Assembly: GCA_026025075.1 (NCBI GenBank)
Contig: JAPEUI010000004.1
Coordinates: forward strand, 186,001 to 250,000
Source of the DNA: Vezdaea acicularis
Taxonomy: Eukaryota
Reading direction: 5' to 3'
Length of the DNA: 64,000 bases
A program made the position numbers and the translations under genes. This document shows positions 13,197-26,374 of the stretch, one piece after another (the stretch's first letter is position 1; every line of letters starts with the position of its first letter). The notes beneath the pieces are model-generated. The model had not been told where the DNA came from and did not search any database. It saw only the letters and a program-made list of their open reading frames with translations.

Positions 13197-13974
13197 TTAC
13201 GGCTTTGTATTGATTGTCTTAATCTGAAATGTTGCACTTGGTAGTTGCGAGGTTTCTGCATGAACTGTCGCATTGATACTCATGCTTGCAAGTGCACCTC
13301 GAATAATTCCGCAAGGGAACCACAGAAACTAGATCCAATTAGGTCAATCAGGGTCCCAACCCTCATGATCTGATGCACTGGGGGGCTGTTACTGGTTGTG
13401 CCTTAATTATTGCCTGACCTCCAGCCTCTGTGCTCATGCGTGAAAATGGTCGGAAGGTGTTATCTGTCAAAACGTAAACGCCCTGAACCTTTGTCAGTCA
13501 ATATGCTCTTCTGGCGCAGATGCCTCATCCTCAGTTTTGTCGCCTTACCCGATAATTTGTTTTCAGATTATCGATCTGTTTTCGAAAAACCAGTGTCCAT
13601 AAGTCTTTACATAGGAACTTGATGACGTCCAAGGTATCTGTGAGTCGTGGTCTATCCCTAGAAAATCTATCCCATTCATAGGTTAGCTATTGCACCCGTG
13701 ACCAAAACCTTGGAACCCCAGAGACATCAGGCACCAGCACGCACCTTTCCGCTAGGCCCTGACCCACCCTATAGCCAAGCATTTCAAGTCGATAGAATGC
13801 TGCTTCGCGCTCTTCGTCGTCGTCCAGCTTTGTTTCTGAGAGGGAGAGCTCGTTTGCAAGTCTATATGCCATGGGGACAAGTTCAATAAGAAGAAAGTCT
13901 AGACATGAGAAGTTGAGGAAAGTTGCATAGGGATCGGACGCATTGAAGGGGGGCAGAGGGGTATCAAAAGACAT
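13197..13974 (-). CDS. TRS33: TRAPP complex subunit Trs33 (Bet3 family)
   Basis: [51 protein letters not shown] segment, [13 protein letters not shown]...ATFQIKT; TAA at 13197-13199. Confidence 0.88.
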
Positions 13975-14481
13975 ATTCTATAGCCTTCAAGACCGGGATT
14001 GTAGGCGAGGCTATGATGAGGTTGTGGAGATGCCTTCCGTCGATATTAAAGGATCACGAAATGTTCACATCCGTTCGGTTCGGAATTCGGCGAGTCTTCA
14101 TGGTTCAAGTGAGTGCCCCTACTTGGAATACTGATTTTAATTTGTTTCATTCTAAGCCTTACGTTCAGAAGGGCTAATATGGCACTATCGGACGTTGGCC
14201 TCATCATACATGTTTGCGCCCAAAATAAGTGATGTCCTCTGCACCACCAGCGTATATCTTGATGAGGAACCCTGCTTTTTGGATGCAGAACCAAGGAGTT
14301 ATATGCCATAGGTCCACCTAGGTCTCATGCCAAATCCTACGCCAGCAATGCTACCGAAATCTGCATGTTTCAATACTCCCGAGTTGTTGACAATTCCCCC
14401 CCTGGTCAAGCAATAACGAAAACGCCTGTAATATACGTCAAGTTCCAGCTACAACTATGCAAACGCGCAATTCGCCAACGT

Positions 14482-16438
14482 TCAGGTATTAGGATAACGC
14501 CCATAATCGTAAGGTTGTGATCCTGGGAAATTCAGATTTCTAATATTTTCGGCTCGGAGAACTTCGCCTGTCCCAGCACGCAAAAGCGAATCCATTGAAG
14601 ACATCTTCCGTTTTGCCGGCCTGGGCAGCTCATCCTCCTCGTCACTTTGTGTGAGATCTATGACCGTGGCAATTGGCCGCTTGTTACTGAGTGGTCGAGT
14701 TGACGACGCAGCCGATGTTGCGGGGAAGGATGTCTCTCGAGATGATATGGGCGGAGTTTTGATCAAGGACGGGGTCGCCGAAGTGGAAGAGTTTTTTTGA
14801 AGCGATGTAATCCGAGTATCTGGTATTTCCATCAAGTCGTCATCAGAATCGATGGCAGCTACCCTGGGGCCCCCCAAGATGCGCAATTTTTGCGGCCTAG
14901 TATTCTGGGACCAGGTGCCATTTGGTTCGATTGTAACCTGTTCCACTGTGCTTGGTGTGGCATTCAATATTTCGCCGACATACCTTTCAAGATGTTAGAT
15001 AGTATCCTTGCAAGAGGAGTACGCACAAATACTTACAGGTCTAGAGCGAGAGCTTCGAAACTAATGACTTTGTTACATACAGGACAAGTCCAGGTTGGGG
15101 CTTGCTCTTGCAGTTGTAGGAACGATTTCCCATCGAAACATTGGTTATGAGAGCAAAGAGTAGAACGGCAGGCAAGCTCCATGCGCACAGTTGAGAGTGG
15201 GCATTTCAAAGACATGATGGTGGAAGTCGCGACTATATCAGCATCCTGAGCCTTGCTGAGCACTATTGCAGGCATTTATTAAATACCTTCTAATGAGTTA
15301 CTCAAGGCTCCACTTACTCCCTTGCACAACAGTGTCTTTAGTTATAACCTTCCCATTCTTCAACCTCTCGACAAGTTCATCAACTGCGTGTGTCTTTACC
15401 AAATTCACAACGAAAGAGAAGTCCTGCTGCCTCTGTTAGGTGGTCTCGAAATATGGGGGAGACGATACTTACCTTAGTTGTCAAAGCATACACCAATACA
15501 ATCCGATTGCTCGCTGTAGTTGTCTTCCGAACATATTCAGTGATATCTGCAGGCCTAGTGGAGCCAGGCTTATTTTTCAGCCCTCGTAGATTCGTTTTAA
15601 CTTCGACTTCATTGACCTTAAGCTCAACCTGCGCCGGAAAGCTCACGTCATGTTTCGAGTAGGGCCCAAGACCATTTTCTGCCGCACAGAAGACCATTAC
15701 TCGTAGGGAAGGTTCAGCAACAATTCTTGCAAGCCTTTCAGCGGTAAAAGTAAAACTAGCCGTCGTGTTACTACGATTCTGAGGCATCACTTAAAAACAC
15801 AATCAGCACTACTCCACTAGAACACACGAAGGGAGACTTTCAAACTTACTGGGACACTTTACAGGCGTACACAGTTCATCTTCTACTGTGAGGAAAGGGC
15901 TGTCCTTGAACGTAAGCCGACCTGTTTTCTCTAATCAGCAAGCTCAAAGACGGCACGAGATAACGTCCATGCCACCCTCACCTAATATTAAAGGGCTGTG
16001 GGGTATAGAGCCAATGGGGCGACCAGCATTGTTGTTGATAGAGTGAGATGGTCGTGCTGATTGTGCTGGGCTGTGTGGTCTGTTCTTGGGACTCGGAGAT
16101 GACATGTTGCTGGTGGGGCTAAAGACCCTTCCGCGAATACGTTTGAATCCAGCCATGTCCCTAGAATGCGCATATTCTTCAACCTCTTTACGTCAAACAA
16201 TTGTCAGCAACAGCATATTAAGCAATGTCATTGACTGGGGAAAACATCCTAGGCCGTCTGTAGGAAATGTGTGATTTGGGTGCTTACTTCTAATGAGACG
16301 AGCCTGCATCGCAGCCTTTAAGCCATGAGCTGGTAGACCCTCTGCTTTCAGAATTGCTGTGAGGTTTCTGTTGAGCAAGCCTTTGATTTGGGCAGCTATG
16401 GGCTTGGGGTCAAGATGTTGTCCGTTGATTGACGCCAT
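14482..16438 (-). CDS. SIZ1: PIAS/Siz-family SUMO E3 ligase (SAP-like N-terminus, PINIT, SP-RING/MIZ finger)
   Basis: NLRGLKNKPGSTRPADIT (PINIT), MSLKCPLSTVRMELACRSTLCSHNQCFD...QAPTWTCPVC (SP-RING), SIM-like VIDLTQSDEE. Confidence 0.9.
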
Positions 16439-17265
16439 TTTGGAGGTGAACAGTTGTCCCGGCTCGACACACGTGTGAGGTCAACTGGACGTTGCTTGAA
16501 AGAGCCGGCGGTCGTAAGTATGGGAATGCATGGAAGGTGTCAGAATGAGTGGAGGATGCGCAAGCATGAACTTGGGGAGCTGAAAGACCGTGAGGGGCAA
16601 ACGAGGATTGCAATAGGTGCCTGAAAGGTGGTGGAGAAAGACGGGAGAGCCCCAATGTTGTAACGCATGCTAAATGTTGTCCACCGATTTCCTTGGGTCG
16701 GGAAATCTTTTTACCGCCTCGTCGTTCCGCTCGTCGCTTAACAAGTTTAGTCCCTAAATTAATTGCGACTGGTTAAGCAGAGCATTACTGTAGTCTAATA
16801 GATCTTCGCCGACACACGCCGCCTCTCCTCTACTTCCAATGATTCCAATATTCATCCAGCACCATGGTCGCCCTAAGTAATGACCTAATTGCCTAGGTAA
16901 AATCTCACAAGATAGATGACAAAACAATTGCAAAATCAAGAAAATATAAGCTCAAAAATGTGAAAGTTTTGATTGAATATTTTGATAATTTTAGTATTTC
17001 TAATCCTAATCTTAGGAAATTGATGATAAATTCAAATGTCAAATTCACAGAATTATATATAGAGCAATGTAATAAAAATAACTAGAATGATTGATTTTTA
17101 TAGAAAAATATAGATATGTTTAATTTATGGATAAAAGAATATATTTACCAAATATTATATTTTTCAAATAAAAACAACAAGCATGAAGATGCATGAATAC
17201 TTATAAAAAAAAGTTATTATTTTTTAATCAACGTGAATATCATATTGTCTAATAATTATAGGATA

Positions 17266-17642
17266 TGTAAGAACACGGTGGCATCTGCTTAGGGCGCGCC
17301 GGCGCGCCCTAGACGGCTGTTCTCGCTTAGACGCCGACGGCGCTCAGGGGACGTTTAGTCAGCGCACCCCTTATATATATATCGAGTCGAGCCCGCTAAG
17401 GACGCGGCATCGAATAGTCTTGACCTATAGCTAGTCTTAGAATCTATTCAAGTAACCGCAATTCATTCATTATATCACTATATCGCTATATCTATGTAGC
17501 CCTGTGACATTGCTAGCTATTGCCGGCAGCCCGCCTACCCCTATAGCCTATTAAACACGCAGTGACATCGCAGGCGGGCCGCAGACGGCGCCGGCCTGCC
17601 ACGCTCTCAGAATCAGGGGCAGCTATCGTGCCCGTCCTTACA
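17266..17642. mobile_element. Solo LTR (377 bp)
   Basis: TGTAAGAAC...GTCCTTACA termini, perfect 5-bp TSD GGATA (17261-17265 and 17643-17647), internal TATATATAT, GC-rich relative to its flanks. Confidence 0.88.
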
Positions 17643-17737
17643 GGATACATGAACATGAATCAATAACAAACTAATTATGAAAATGAGCACAATAGCTATT
17701 TCTAAATATTGAAAAGTGGTAGATTGAGCAATCTCAA

Positions 17738-17930
17738 TGTAAAAATGCGGTGGCATCCATCTAAAACACGCAAGCATATCTTAGATGACTGTCTTAACTT
17801 AAAAATCAACGACATTCAGAGAGCGCTTAGTTAGCGCGCTTCTGATATATATATTAAACTAATCTTGCTAGAGACTCAGCATTAAATAACTTTGGCTCAT
17901 AGCTAGTTATTAGAATCTATCTATATGTAA
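17738..17930. mobile_element. Heavily mutated partial second copy of the same LTR family
   Basis: First 55 nt align gaplessly to 17266-17320 with 20 differences, 19 of them transitions; similarity continues to about 17930. Confidence 0.75.
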
Positions 17931-19118
17931 AATGCTGTTATGGCTTTTTTGATAGTTTATTGGCGGAGCTATAGCAGCTAAGCAAGATGAACGCCGCTTA
18001 AAGCTTAGCTTAGAGAAAGTAATAATCAAATCCTCTTCCTATATATGCTCAATGGCGCTATCCTGATAGCTCATCATCAAATAATCTTATTTATATACTA
18101 TAGTTATGATATATAAGACTTTATAGCAATTTTCATTATATATATTCAATAATTAATGTTCAAATTTGAAGTAATTTTGTATAAAAACGTTCAAAAGACT
18201 GTGATAATATTAAATAATAAATGATATAAATAAATAATAAATAAATGAATAAATATTAACAGAACTATAGAAACTGCTTAAAAAATATATAACTTATCAA
18301 TCAGGAATTAAAAAATATATTCAAATTTTATAATATATTTGCATTAGCTTTTAGAATTTTTAAACTTTTTGGAACAAATAAAAATATAAACAAACGGCTT
18401 TATTATCTTATATATTTTTTGCAAGAAGGCAAAATTATTTGAATTTTTATAAACATACTATTATAAAAATAGTCAACGGTTTTGCTAAAACTTGTTGACA
18501 AAAAATGCTGATTTGTTAAGGTTAAATCAGAATAAATTCAATCAATAGCTTTTATATCTATATATTTGATTGCAATATTATATTGACTTGTCATTAAATA
18601 ATCTATTACATATGATTTTAAATTAATTTTTATTTGTTTATATTTTAATTGTACATTTTTACATATTATATATATCTAATTATAGTAATTATATTATTTA
18701 TATACATTAAGCATTACATACGCCCTTCTTACTAGAAGCAAAAAGCACCTATTATTCAAAAGGCAGATCTTATATCTGTTCTTACACATAAGTATCTCAT
18801 ATGGTTCATGTATCTCATTAATGTAATACATTTACTTTTATATTAAATATTCAATTAAAAAATTTATTTATTCTAGACATAAAAATAAAGATTTAAATAT
18901 GTCCATGATATGTAGATAAGTAAAATATTTAAACAATACTAATATTTCAAAAAATAAACTTCTATTAAAAAATTAATCCAAAATTGACATTCTAAAGTTG
19001 TGTATAAATTTTATGAGATCAAAAATCTGCTTTGTTAGACCTAAAATTTACATTTGAAATATTGTAAGCTTCATAGTTGGCTTGCGTGTATCAAAGTACA
19101 ATGTTGTGGGGGTTACTA

Positions 19119-19561
19119 CAGTATCCGGGGCATGTTTTCAAGGTGAGCTGAACTGGCTAGCTTTTTAGCGCAACAAATTTCCTGTCGTGTCTTAAGGATG
19201 ATCCCAGCTAAATTGTTGAAAGGGCAATAAATTAGTGTTGGGTCAAATCGGTGGACAAAATTGTTAGCTCATTAAACCGGGGTCCCCCTATTGCCAAAAG
19301 CTTCACCCTCCAAAGCACAAAATTGCCCTGCCAGGTCGTATATATAACCCGAAGTGTGTTAATCCAACAAGAGTAAAGGGGTAGCACTATCGAGCTAATA
19401 CTAAGAATCATCATCATTAATTGCCAACGATCTCGGAACGGCTGAAAGCAATGCATGCCGATAGGCCACTAATCGTTTATGCGCCATCAATTTTGCCCAC
19501 CGCTTCGATAAGTGCGATTTGATTTTGATCCACTTTGAAGACCTACTTACACCGGATACCG
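19119..19561. mobile_element. Degenerate Tc1/mariner-type non-autonomous element
   Basis: TA|CAGTATCCGG ... CCGGATACCG|TA. The inverted similarity continues about 35 nt, mostly with transitions and one 4-nt gap. Confidence 0.45.
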
Positions 19562-19764
19562 TAGTAGCTCGCGCCGTGACTCGCGTCATGAAATGGTACA
19601 CATATAACTCCGACCGAAATGTCAAACTGACCATCAAGGAGCTTCATATATGCCCTGTTTCATCCAGCCGCTAGCATCATCCGTTGCCATTCTGAACCAC
19701 AACAACTGCCAACTTACTTTCGTGGCCAACTTTCTCATATTTGTTTGATAGTAGTTCACCCGAC

Positions 19765-20360
19765 ATGGCGAAGGGCCTGCGGTCTAGTGCTAGAAAGAGT
19801 AATCGCTCTAAATTGCGGACTAAAGTTTTCGAGCCTGTCGAAAAAGCTAGGACAGAGAGGCTATCGCAGAAGCTCACCAAACTTGCATCGGAATCAAATT
19901 CTCATCAGGATCGTGATGCGAGATTCGAAGAGGAAGTTTGTTAGTAGAAGGTTTTCTTCAAAACCTTTACATTTACTTACTAGCTCTATGAAGTAGCTAG
20001 GGCGCGAGATGTTTCAAGCCGAGACCCTAACGACGAGGGGGAGCTCAAAGCAGGTCAGTCTACTTGGTTGCCCGTTTAGAATGGCTATGATTAGACGGCC
20101 TCAGTGCGTGTTCACCCATCATGTCATGCAGTCGAATTCCGCTGTTTCCATGTGGTGTATGCTTCTATCAGTTGACTAAATAATGCATAGTAATGGACGT
20201 CGATGGACATGAGAAAGCCTCATCTGAAGACAAGGCAACCATGCGGTCGATTATGGTTCGAAAGAGACGCCAGAAAAGGAAGGCCTCCACAATCACCTTC
20301 CAAAGCCTCCACAAAGTGCGCGGCTCATCAACCTCAAGACGGACAAAGCCACCACTTAGG
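19765..20360 (+). CDS. DUF2423-family small basic protein
   Basis: MAKGLRSSARKSNRSKLRTKVFEPVEKARTERLSQKL; two introns; basic C-terminus KRRQKRKASTITF. Confidence 0.75.
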
Positions 20361-21042
20361 CGCTAATTCCAAATGTCCATTTGCCGTCTTCAAGTCTTCG
20401 AAATTCGCTCAATGGATAATCCGACAAGATCTCCCTGCGACTACTTGGTGAACTGGGCGGAAATCTTATCTGAGGATAGCTGGGGCAGGTTCGGGCATGA
20501 CTGAGCCTGAGCTTTCTTGATGCTCGGGCCGCATCTTTGTCCGTCCTATATATTCACGCCCTGGGAAGCAAATTAGGACCATGACCGGCTGGCACAAGAG
20601 CTGTTCTTGCCACACGCTCTTTGACTATCTCTAAGGGGACTGTTGGGACTAAGGAATAAATATGCCAAGGCTAGAATAGCATTCGGCGAAGCCTCTTCAG
20701 GGCTGTGGGTAGACATAAAATACCATAAAACCTAATCACCTTCGGTGCACTGCTTTGATGAGAAGTATGAATTAAATTAATTGATGACTTCAAGAAAAAA
20801 CCGCTCAAACTGCCAAATGGTTCGTTGCACTTAAGAAAATGCTGGTATTTTGTCGCAACAGCTAGTGTATAGTTCGGTCTCAGTAAGTTCGCGAAGATCA
20901 CGTTAACGATTGTCATTTTCAACTCCAATATATTGTAGATTTTCTTGAAATCTCATATTTGCGATGATGATTTCACATGGTGCGGGGAATCTCGAACCTT
21001 GACAAGGCAATGCGCCTTAATGAAGGCTGTTTCGCATCAAGA

Positions 21043-24000
21043 ATGTCTTCTACTAGCACACCGCTTGGCCTATCTCGCCCTTTAACGCTTTTACTCTCGA
21101 ACCTACTCATACCAATCGCCATTTCAATCTTTGCGCTGGGGTTTTTCCCGTATAAACCCTTTCTTCCCGGCTTAGCCAGTTTCAATCATGGCCCTGCAGC
21201 GCATGATGTGCCGAAGGCGCAGTTCAACAAAGTAGTTTTCATGGTTGTGGATGCGTTAAGAAGGTTGGCAGCACCCTACGCGTCGAAGGCTCTATTGGGC
21301 TAATCGTTCAAGTACAGTGATTTTGTCTTCTCTAAAAGTTCAGATTTCCAGTTCACGCAGCAGTGGGCCCCGTTCACCTGAGCACCTCGATCAACTCACT
21401 AAGACTCTACCCCCAGGTTGATATCCAATGGGCTAGCAATTCCTTTTACGGCACATGCAGCTTCGCCGACAATCACGATGCCCCGAGTCAAGGCAATTAC
21501 CACGGGCTCCATACCGTCCTTTCTAGATGTCATTCTGAACTTTGCTGAGTCCGACACGACGTCTACGCTTGCTCATCAAGACACATGGCTAGCACAGATG
21601 TCAAGGATGGATGGAGGCTTGGTCATGTACGGTGATGACACTTGGTTAAAGCTCTTTCCAGACACTTTTATCAGAGCGGACGGCACCTCGAGCTTCTTCG
21701 TTTCCGTTGGTGAAAACCTGCCCCCCTGACGGAATGCTGTGCTGAAGCCCCTCCTCAGGATTATACAGAAGTCGATAACAACGTGACAAGGCACATTCCG
21801 ACGGAGCTCAAAAACAACGACTGGAATACTATGATCATGCACTACCTAGGCTTAGATCACATTGGCCATAAGGCTGGTCCTCAAAGGTTTGGGCTCACAT
21901 CCTGCGGCAAAATCTTTTTTCAAGGCTCATTTCTATAAAAGTGCAAATATGCGTCCCAAGCAGAGGGAGATGGATGATATTGTTCGAATGATATATGAGG
22001 CAATGAGTCGTGAAAGTCATTTAAATTCGACTTTACTAGTTATGTGTGGCGATCACGGGATGAATGAGGCTGGCAATCACGGTGGATCCTCTCCTGGAGA
22101 GACCTCTACAGCTATGGTATTTATCTCTCCTAGGTTTGGAAATATCTTCCTGGGCCAGCCATGTCCTATCAATGAAAAAGGATCATTTCAATACTACGAG
22201 ACGGTCGAACAATCTGATGTAGTACCAACTCTTGCGGGGTTACTGGGCTTCCCAATTCCTAGAAATAATCTTGGGGTTTTTATCCCCAAGTTTCTCTCCC
22301 TTTGGGACTCCGGTCAGATTTAGTATCGATTTCCTAAGACTCAGTTTCACTAACTATTCTAGAACATGACCGGCTTTTACTCCTCCTCGGCAATGCATGG
22401 CAAATGCTTGGAATTATTAGTTCAACTTTCCCTGGCTTTCAATTACGGCAGCACGCAAATCCAAAACTTCAAGCGTGCTCGGGGTTGTCCATGCTCGACC
22501 AGATGGGCTGCCAGTTTACCAACATAGAGCATGATATTCAAAGTAATGCGGATAGAAGCTTTAAAAAAGAAAGTCTCTTGCTCGTGCGTTTAGTTGAGGT
22601 ACTTTTACTGTTCCTATACTCCAGAGCCAATTTTTGCTAAATTTGGCTTAAGACTTGTAGGATGATGCAGCAAATTATGAGAAACACTGCAAGTAACTAC
22701 GATGTCACGAAGCTAGGAGGTGGCGCAATAATCGCAGTTATAGCGACGACTTTGGCTACCCTAGCTATAGCGGAAAAAGAAGTGTCCCCCCCTTCTTTTG
22801 CGTTCGCTCTTATTTGTCTCTCATATGGCTTTATGATGTTTGCCAGTAGCTACATAGAAGAAGAGCAGCATTTCTGGTACTGGGCAGCGTCAGCCTGGCT
22901 TGGATATCTTGCCCTAAAAAGGTACCGCTTGCAAGAAACTGGTGGCTTCAGATGCTGACTTTCTCTGTAGTTTCACATTAGAAGGATATTACCTCGGCAA
23001 TCGTACCCTGGCAGCTTTGTCGCTCCATCTCCTGCTCCGAGTAGTGCGCCGATGGAATCAAACGGGCCAAAAATTCGCTGGAAATTCTGATATTGCTAGT
23101 GCATTCCTTCCTCGACATACCACTCTACTGTGGACCTGTGTCACTGTCACGTACATTTTAACCATTCACTCAACCGTTCTACATTGGCCAGGGAACGCGT
23201 CTAACCGGGTAGCAAAAGCAATCTTACTGACATTGTTTTCTTTGTCTTTAATATTCAAGATTAGCTTCACTTACATTGACGCCCCAGAGCTTCTTCAAAC
23301 CTTCCCAAGAGTCATAGGAGGAGCAGTCAACACTGTGCCTTTAGTCATGCAGGCAAGGGGAGTCTTTTTAGGGATTGGCATATCTTTTCTATATGCTATT
23401 GTGTGTCACTGGCGGACGCAGAGGGGTACTGACAGCAGCCAAAACACGGGTCAAGGAAGAAGCGGTGAGCACTGGAAATAAGACTATACATGCACACTAG
23501 AAGCTAACAATATTACAGCCCTCGTCTGGACAAGTCATTCTCTCCTGACCACATTCCTCATGACTCAGTCGAGAATTACAAATGTCCCACTATTTCTCCT
23601 TTTCCAAATGCAATTCCGAGCGCTTCTAGCTCTTCGAATGACATCTTTCGAGATTACAATCACTTCGCTCACCTTACAAAATCTCTCATTCTTCGCTTTA
23701 GGGGGGTCAAATGCAATTTCTTCGGTCGATCTATCAAATTCCTACAATGGTGTCAGTGGGTACAATGTTGTTGCTGTGGGTCTTCTGACATTCGTGTCAA
23801 ATTGGGCAGGTCCGATATGGTGGTCATCTGCGACCAGCCTCTTGTTCTTGAACTCACGTAAAGGAAACGCTATATTTTCAGCTGCATTCCAGCATCTAGC
23901 ACTTGTTTCCGTGTTCGTAACGTCTAGTCTTTCCTTTGTTATGATAGCTTGCATCATTCTAAGGGCTCATCTCTTTATTTGGACCGTATTTTCACCGAAA

Positions 24001-24093
24001 TATTTGTACAGCATAGCATGGAGTCTGGCGCACCACTTCCTCGGCACTGTTGTGGTTGCAAGTACGCTGTTGTGGGCAGCAGTTCTAGAATAG
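21043..24093 (+). CDS. GPI7: GPI ethanolamine phosphate transferase 2 (Gpi7/Las21/PIG-G)
   Basis: GFFPYKPFLPG, VVFMVVDALR, PTITMPRVKAITTG, LHYLGLDHIGHK, GDHGMN, SSYIEEEQHFWYW, GGSNAISSVDLSN, HLFIWTVFSPKY. Confidence 0.92.
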
Positions 24094-24210
24094 AGGACAG
24101 AATCATTGAAGACTTTGACGGAAGGTCTCCAATTAACCTGCTCTGGGCCATCATCCGTAGCTGGCTAGATCAAATACAACTTCAAGATCTGATCCCGTGG
24201 GAGAATGCTA

Positions 24211-24917
24211 TCAAAGCAGTCCCTCAAACAGCCTATCGAGGGTATCCGCGTGTCCTTCATTCGTTTCCTTGATAACTGCATCGCCACTCGTAGCGAATCG
24301 TTTTGATTTCGAAGGCTTGATGCCTATCCTTGAATGCAGGTGGGGAGACGAGTTAGGAGGTTCCGCTTTATTCGTCAAATTTGCCCCTACTACCTTTCTT
24401 TGAGGTTTCGACATGGCTAGCCTTTGGGATCGGCTAGTATGCTTGGCCAGTGGGCGCGCATTGAATTTCACACGGTTCGTGCGAGCCCCAGGCACAACAA
24501 CTGATGAGATGCAGTCGACGGACCCCGTACCAATGGCCTTGTTTATGGTAGCAAGGATGGAAATGAGGAAAAGTCCTAAAGGAGCGTATTGCGTCTCTGC
24601 GACAACGTCGGAGAACGCTCTGCAAAGAAAGGTAAGCTGATCCGCGGATCAGGACATTAGGAGGGGGGGGGGGGCACAAACACGTAGCATTTCGGTACCA
24701 AGATTTCCTGGAAAAATTTAAGACTGATTTCTGTTTGTAGCTTATCTTTTGCAACTGAGAGACGCAAGAGTTTCTTGATATTCTGGCGGAGCATGTGGAA
24801 CCACCTCCACCAAGTGGAAAGGCGATGTTGGTTCTTGTTGCGGTGGAAGCTCATGGAAATAAGCTGATGAGCATCCGATAAGTCTTTCATAGTATTTTGA
24901 TGCATAGCTAACTGCAT
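24211..24917 (-). CDS. RMP1: RNase MRP protein subunit Rmp1-like
   Basis: FHRNKNQHRLSTWWRWF motif, VPKCY|...AFSDVVAETQYAPLGLFLIS, C-terminal DTLDRLFEGL. Start codon uncertain (24917, 24905 or 24890). Confidence 0.78.
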
Positions 24918-26374
24918 TGCAATCCAAAGGGCAGATAAGATGGGGATTGTAGGTTAAGGATTTCATCGGTACAAATGTAGGTGCCCATACTTTTGTCTGT
25001 CAATCGGACAATACGAACAATCAGCTGCCGATACTAGAATTGAAATGATAAACCCTCTGAACCTATAAATATGGTCAAGGCATAATTAAGGATTATTAAA
25101 CTTGATATGGTTATAAATATATATATTATATTGGAGGACCTTATGTATTTCATTTTTACGACCTTGTCATTCCTTGCTAGTAAGCGTTTTTCGTGTACAG
25201 TTATTCTATATCGAGTTGTCTAGAGAAAGGGGCAGGGAAAGGTACAAAGACTAGTACTACTATGTTCATCTGGCTTGAACAGTTTATGTTAGGGGGTCAC
25301 TCTTCTGTTCGAAATAATTTCATTCACATAGGAATTGGGCTTTGGACCCTTATAACTGACGAGAATTTTTGATTCTGATACAACGAACTGAGCTACAAAG
25401 CTTGTGACCTTACTACTCGCGAGAATTATGAGTTCAAAATTGCAACGCCTCTAGCTAGATACTTTCCTTTGAGAAAATTTATCGGCGACAAATAGGCAAC
25501 TTGCAGAAGAAACAAATGAAACTGGAGGCTTTCGACGAGCAAGCCTAAAAGGGTCGACTACCTCTATATTGAAGAAAACAGAGCAGAACAAGCGAAGCAG
25601 TAGAGTAAAGGCCAATTTCAGAGGTCCAAAGATAAGCTAGTAGAAACAGGATGAAGATGCTTGCCGACCACTCCAATAATATTCCCTCGGCCCTAGAGAA
25701 ATTGGTCCCAGGCTGGTCCAGAACAATATTGTAAAAAGAGCGAGAAGGAATGACAAGCCTCCCCCAATTACCTGCGGTTGTCCCAGACTACCATTGAGGC
25801 TGGCCCGCAACGGTCTTCCAACCTTCCGCATATGCTATCGGATCCAGGTTTTGCTTATGTAAAAGGGGTGATTGGCCGTCCTAGGAACCCTTCTCGTTTC
25901 ACACCTCAAACTCATGGAGCAAGATGAGCGATTGGAGAATGAGAATCCGATAATTGTTTTCGAACAAAGGCAAACCTCCACAGCCGGATCATGACCATAG
26001 ATTCGTAGTAGAAAAGATGATGGCTAAGAAGGCCAGGATCAAGAAATTAAAGATCGACGCATATAAGAGAGATGCATCTTCGTTGCTGTGAGACAATATC
26101 CCAGCTTTTGTTGAAGAGAATTGAGATAACCGGATGTTTTTATTGAGAACCGAAATGTAACATTTTGTTGTTGAGCCCATTGTATTGTGGAGATTCATCG
26201 TCGAGGAAAACATGTGGAAGCAATGGCAATATCTGTCAAGTCTTGTTACACATGCGGCAGTACGGCATGCCGTTGAACAAACTAGCTGGATTGGAATGCT
26301 TCTACTCGTTGTATGTTGATTGGCAGCCCCAATGGGGAGGGAATTCAGCCCGACAACGTTCAATTTTCAGAGTA

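Larger units (their letters stand above)
16900..19080. repeat. Very AT-rich degenerate transposon relic island (RIP-like)
   Basis: Abrupt drop to very low GC with TpA-rich sequence, no ORF >=60 aa in the track, and embedded LTR remnants. Confidence 0.75.

Noticed and set aside
16786..19123. TACTGTAGT / ACTACAGTA inverted 9-mers bracketing the AT-rich island
   Set aside because: The match does not extend, and the right copy is explained as the end of the 19119-19561 element.
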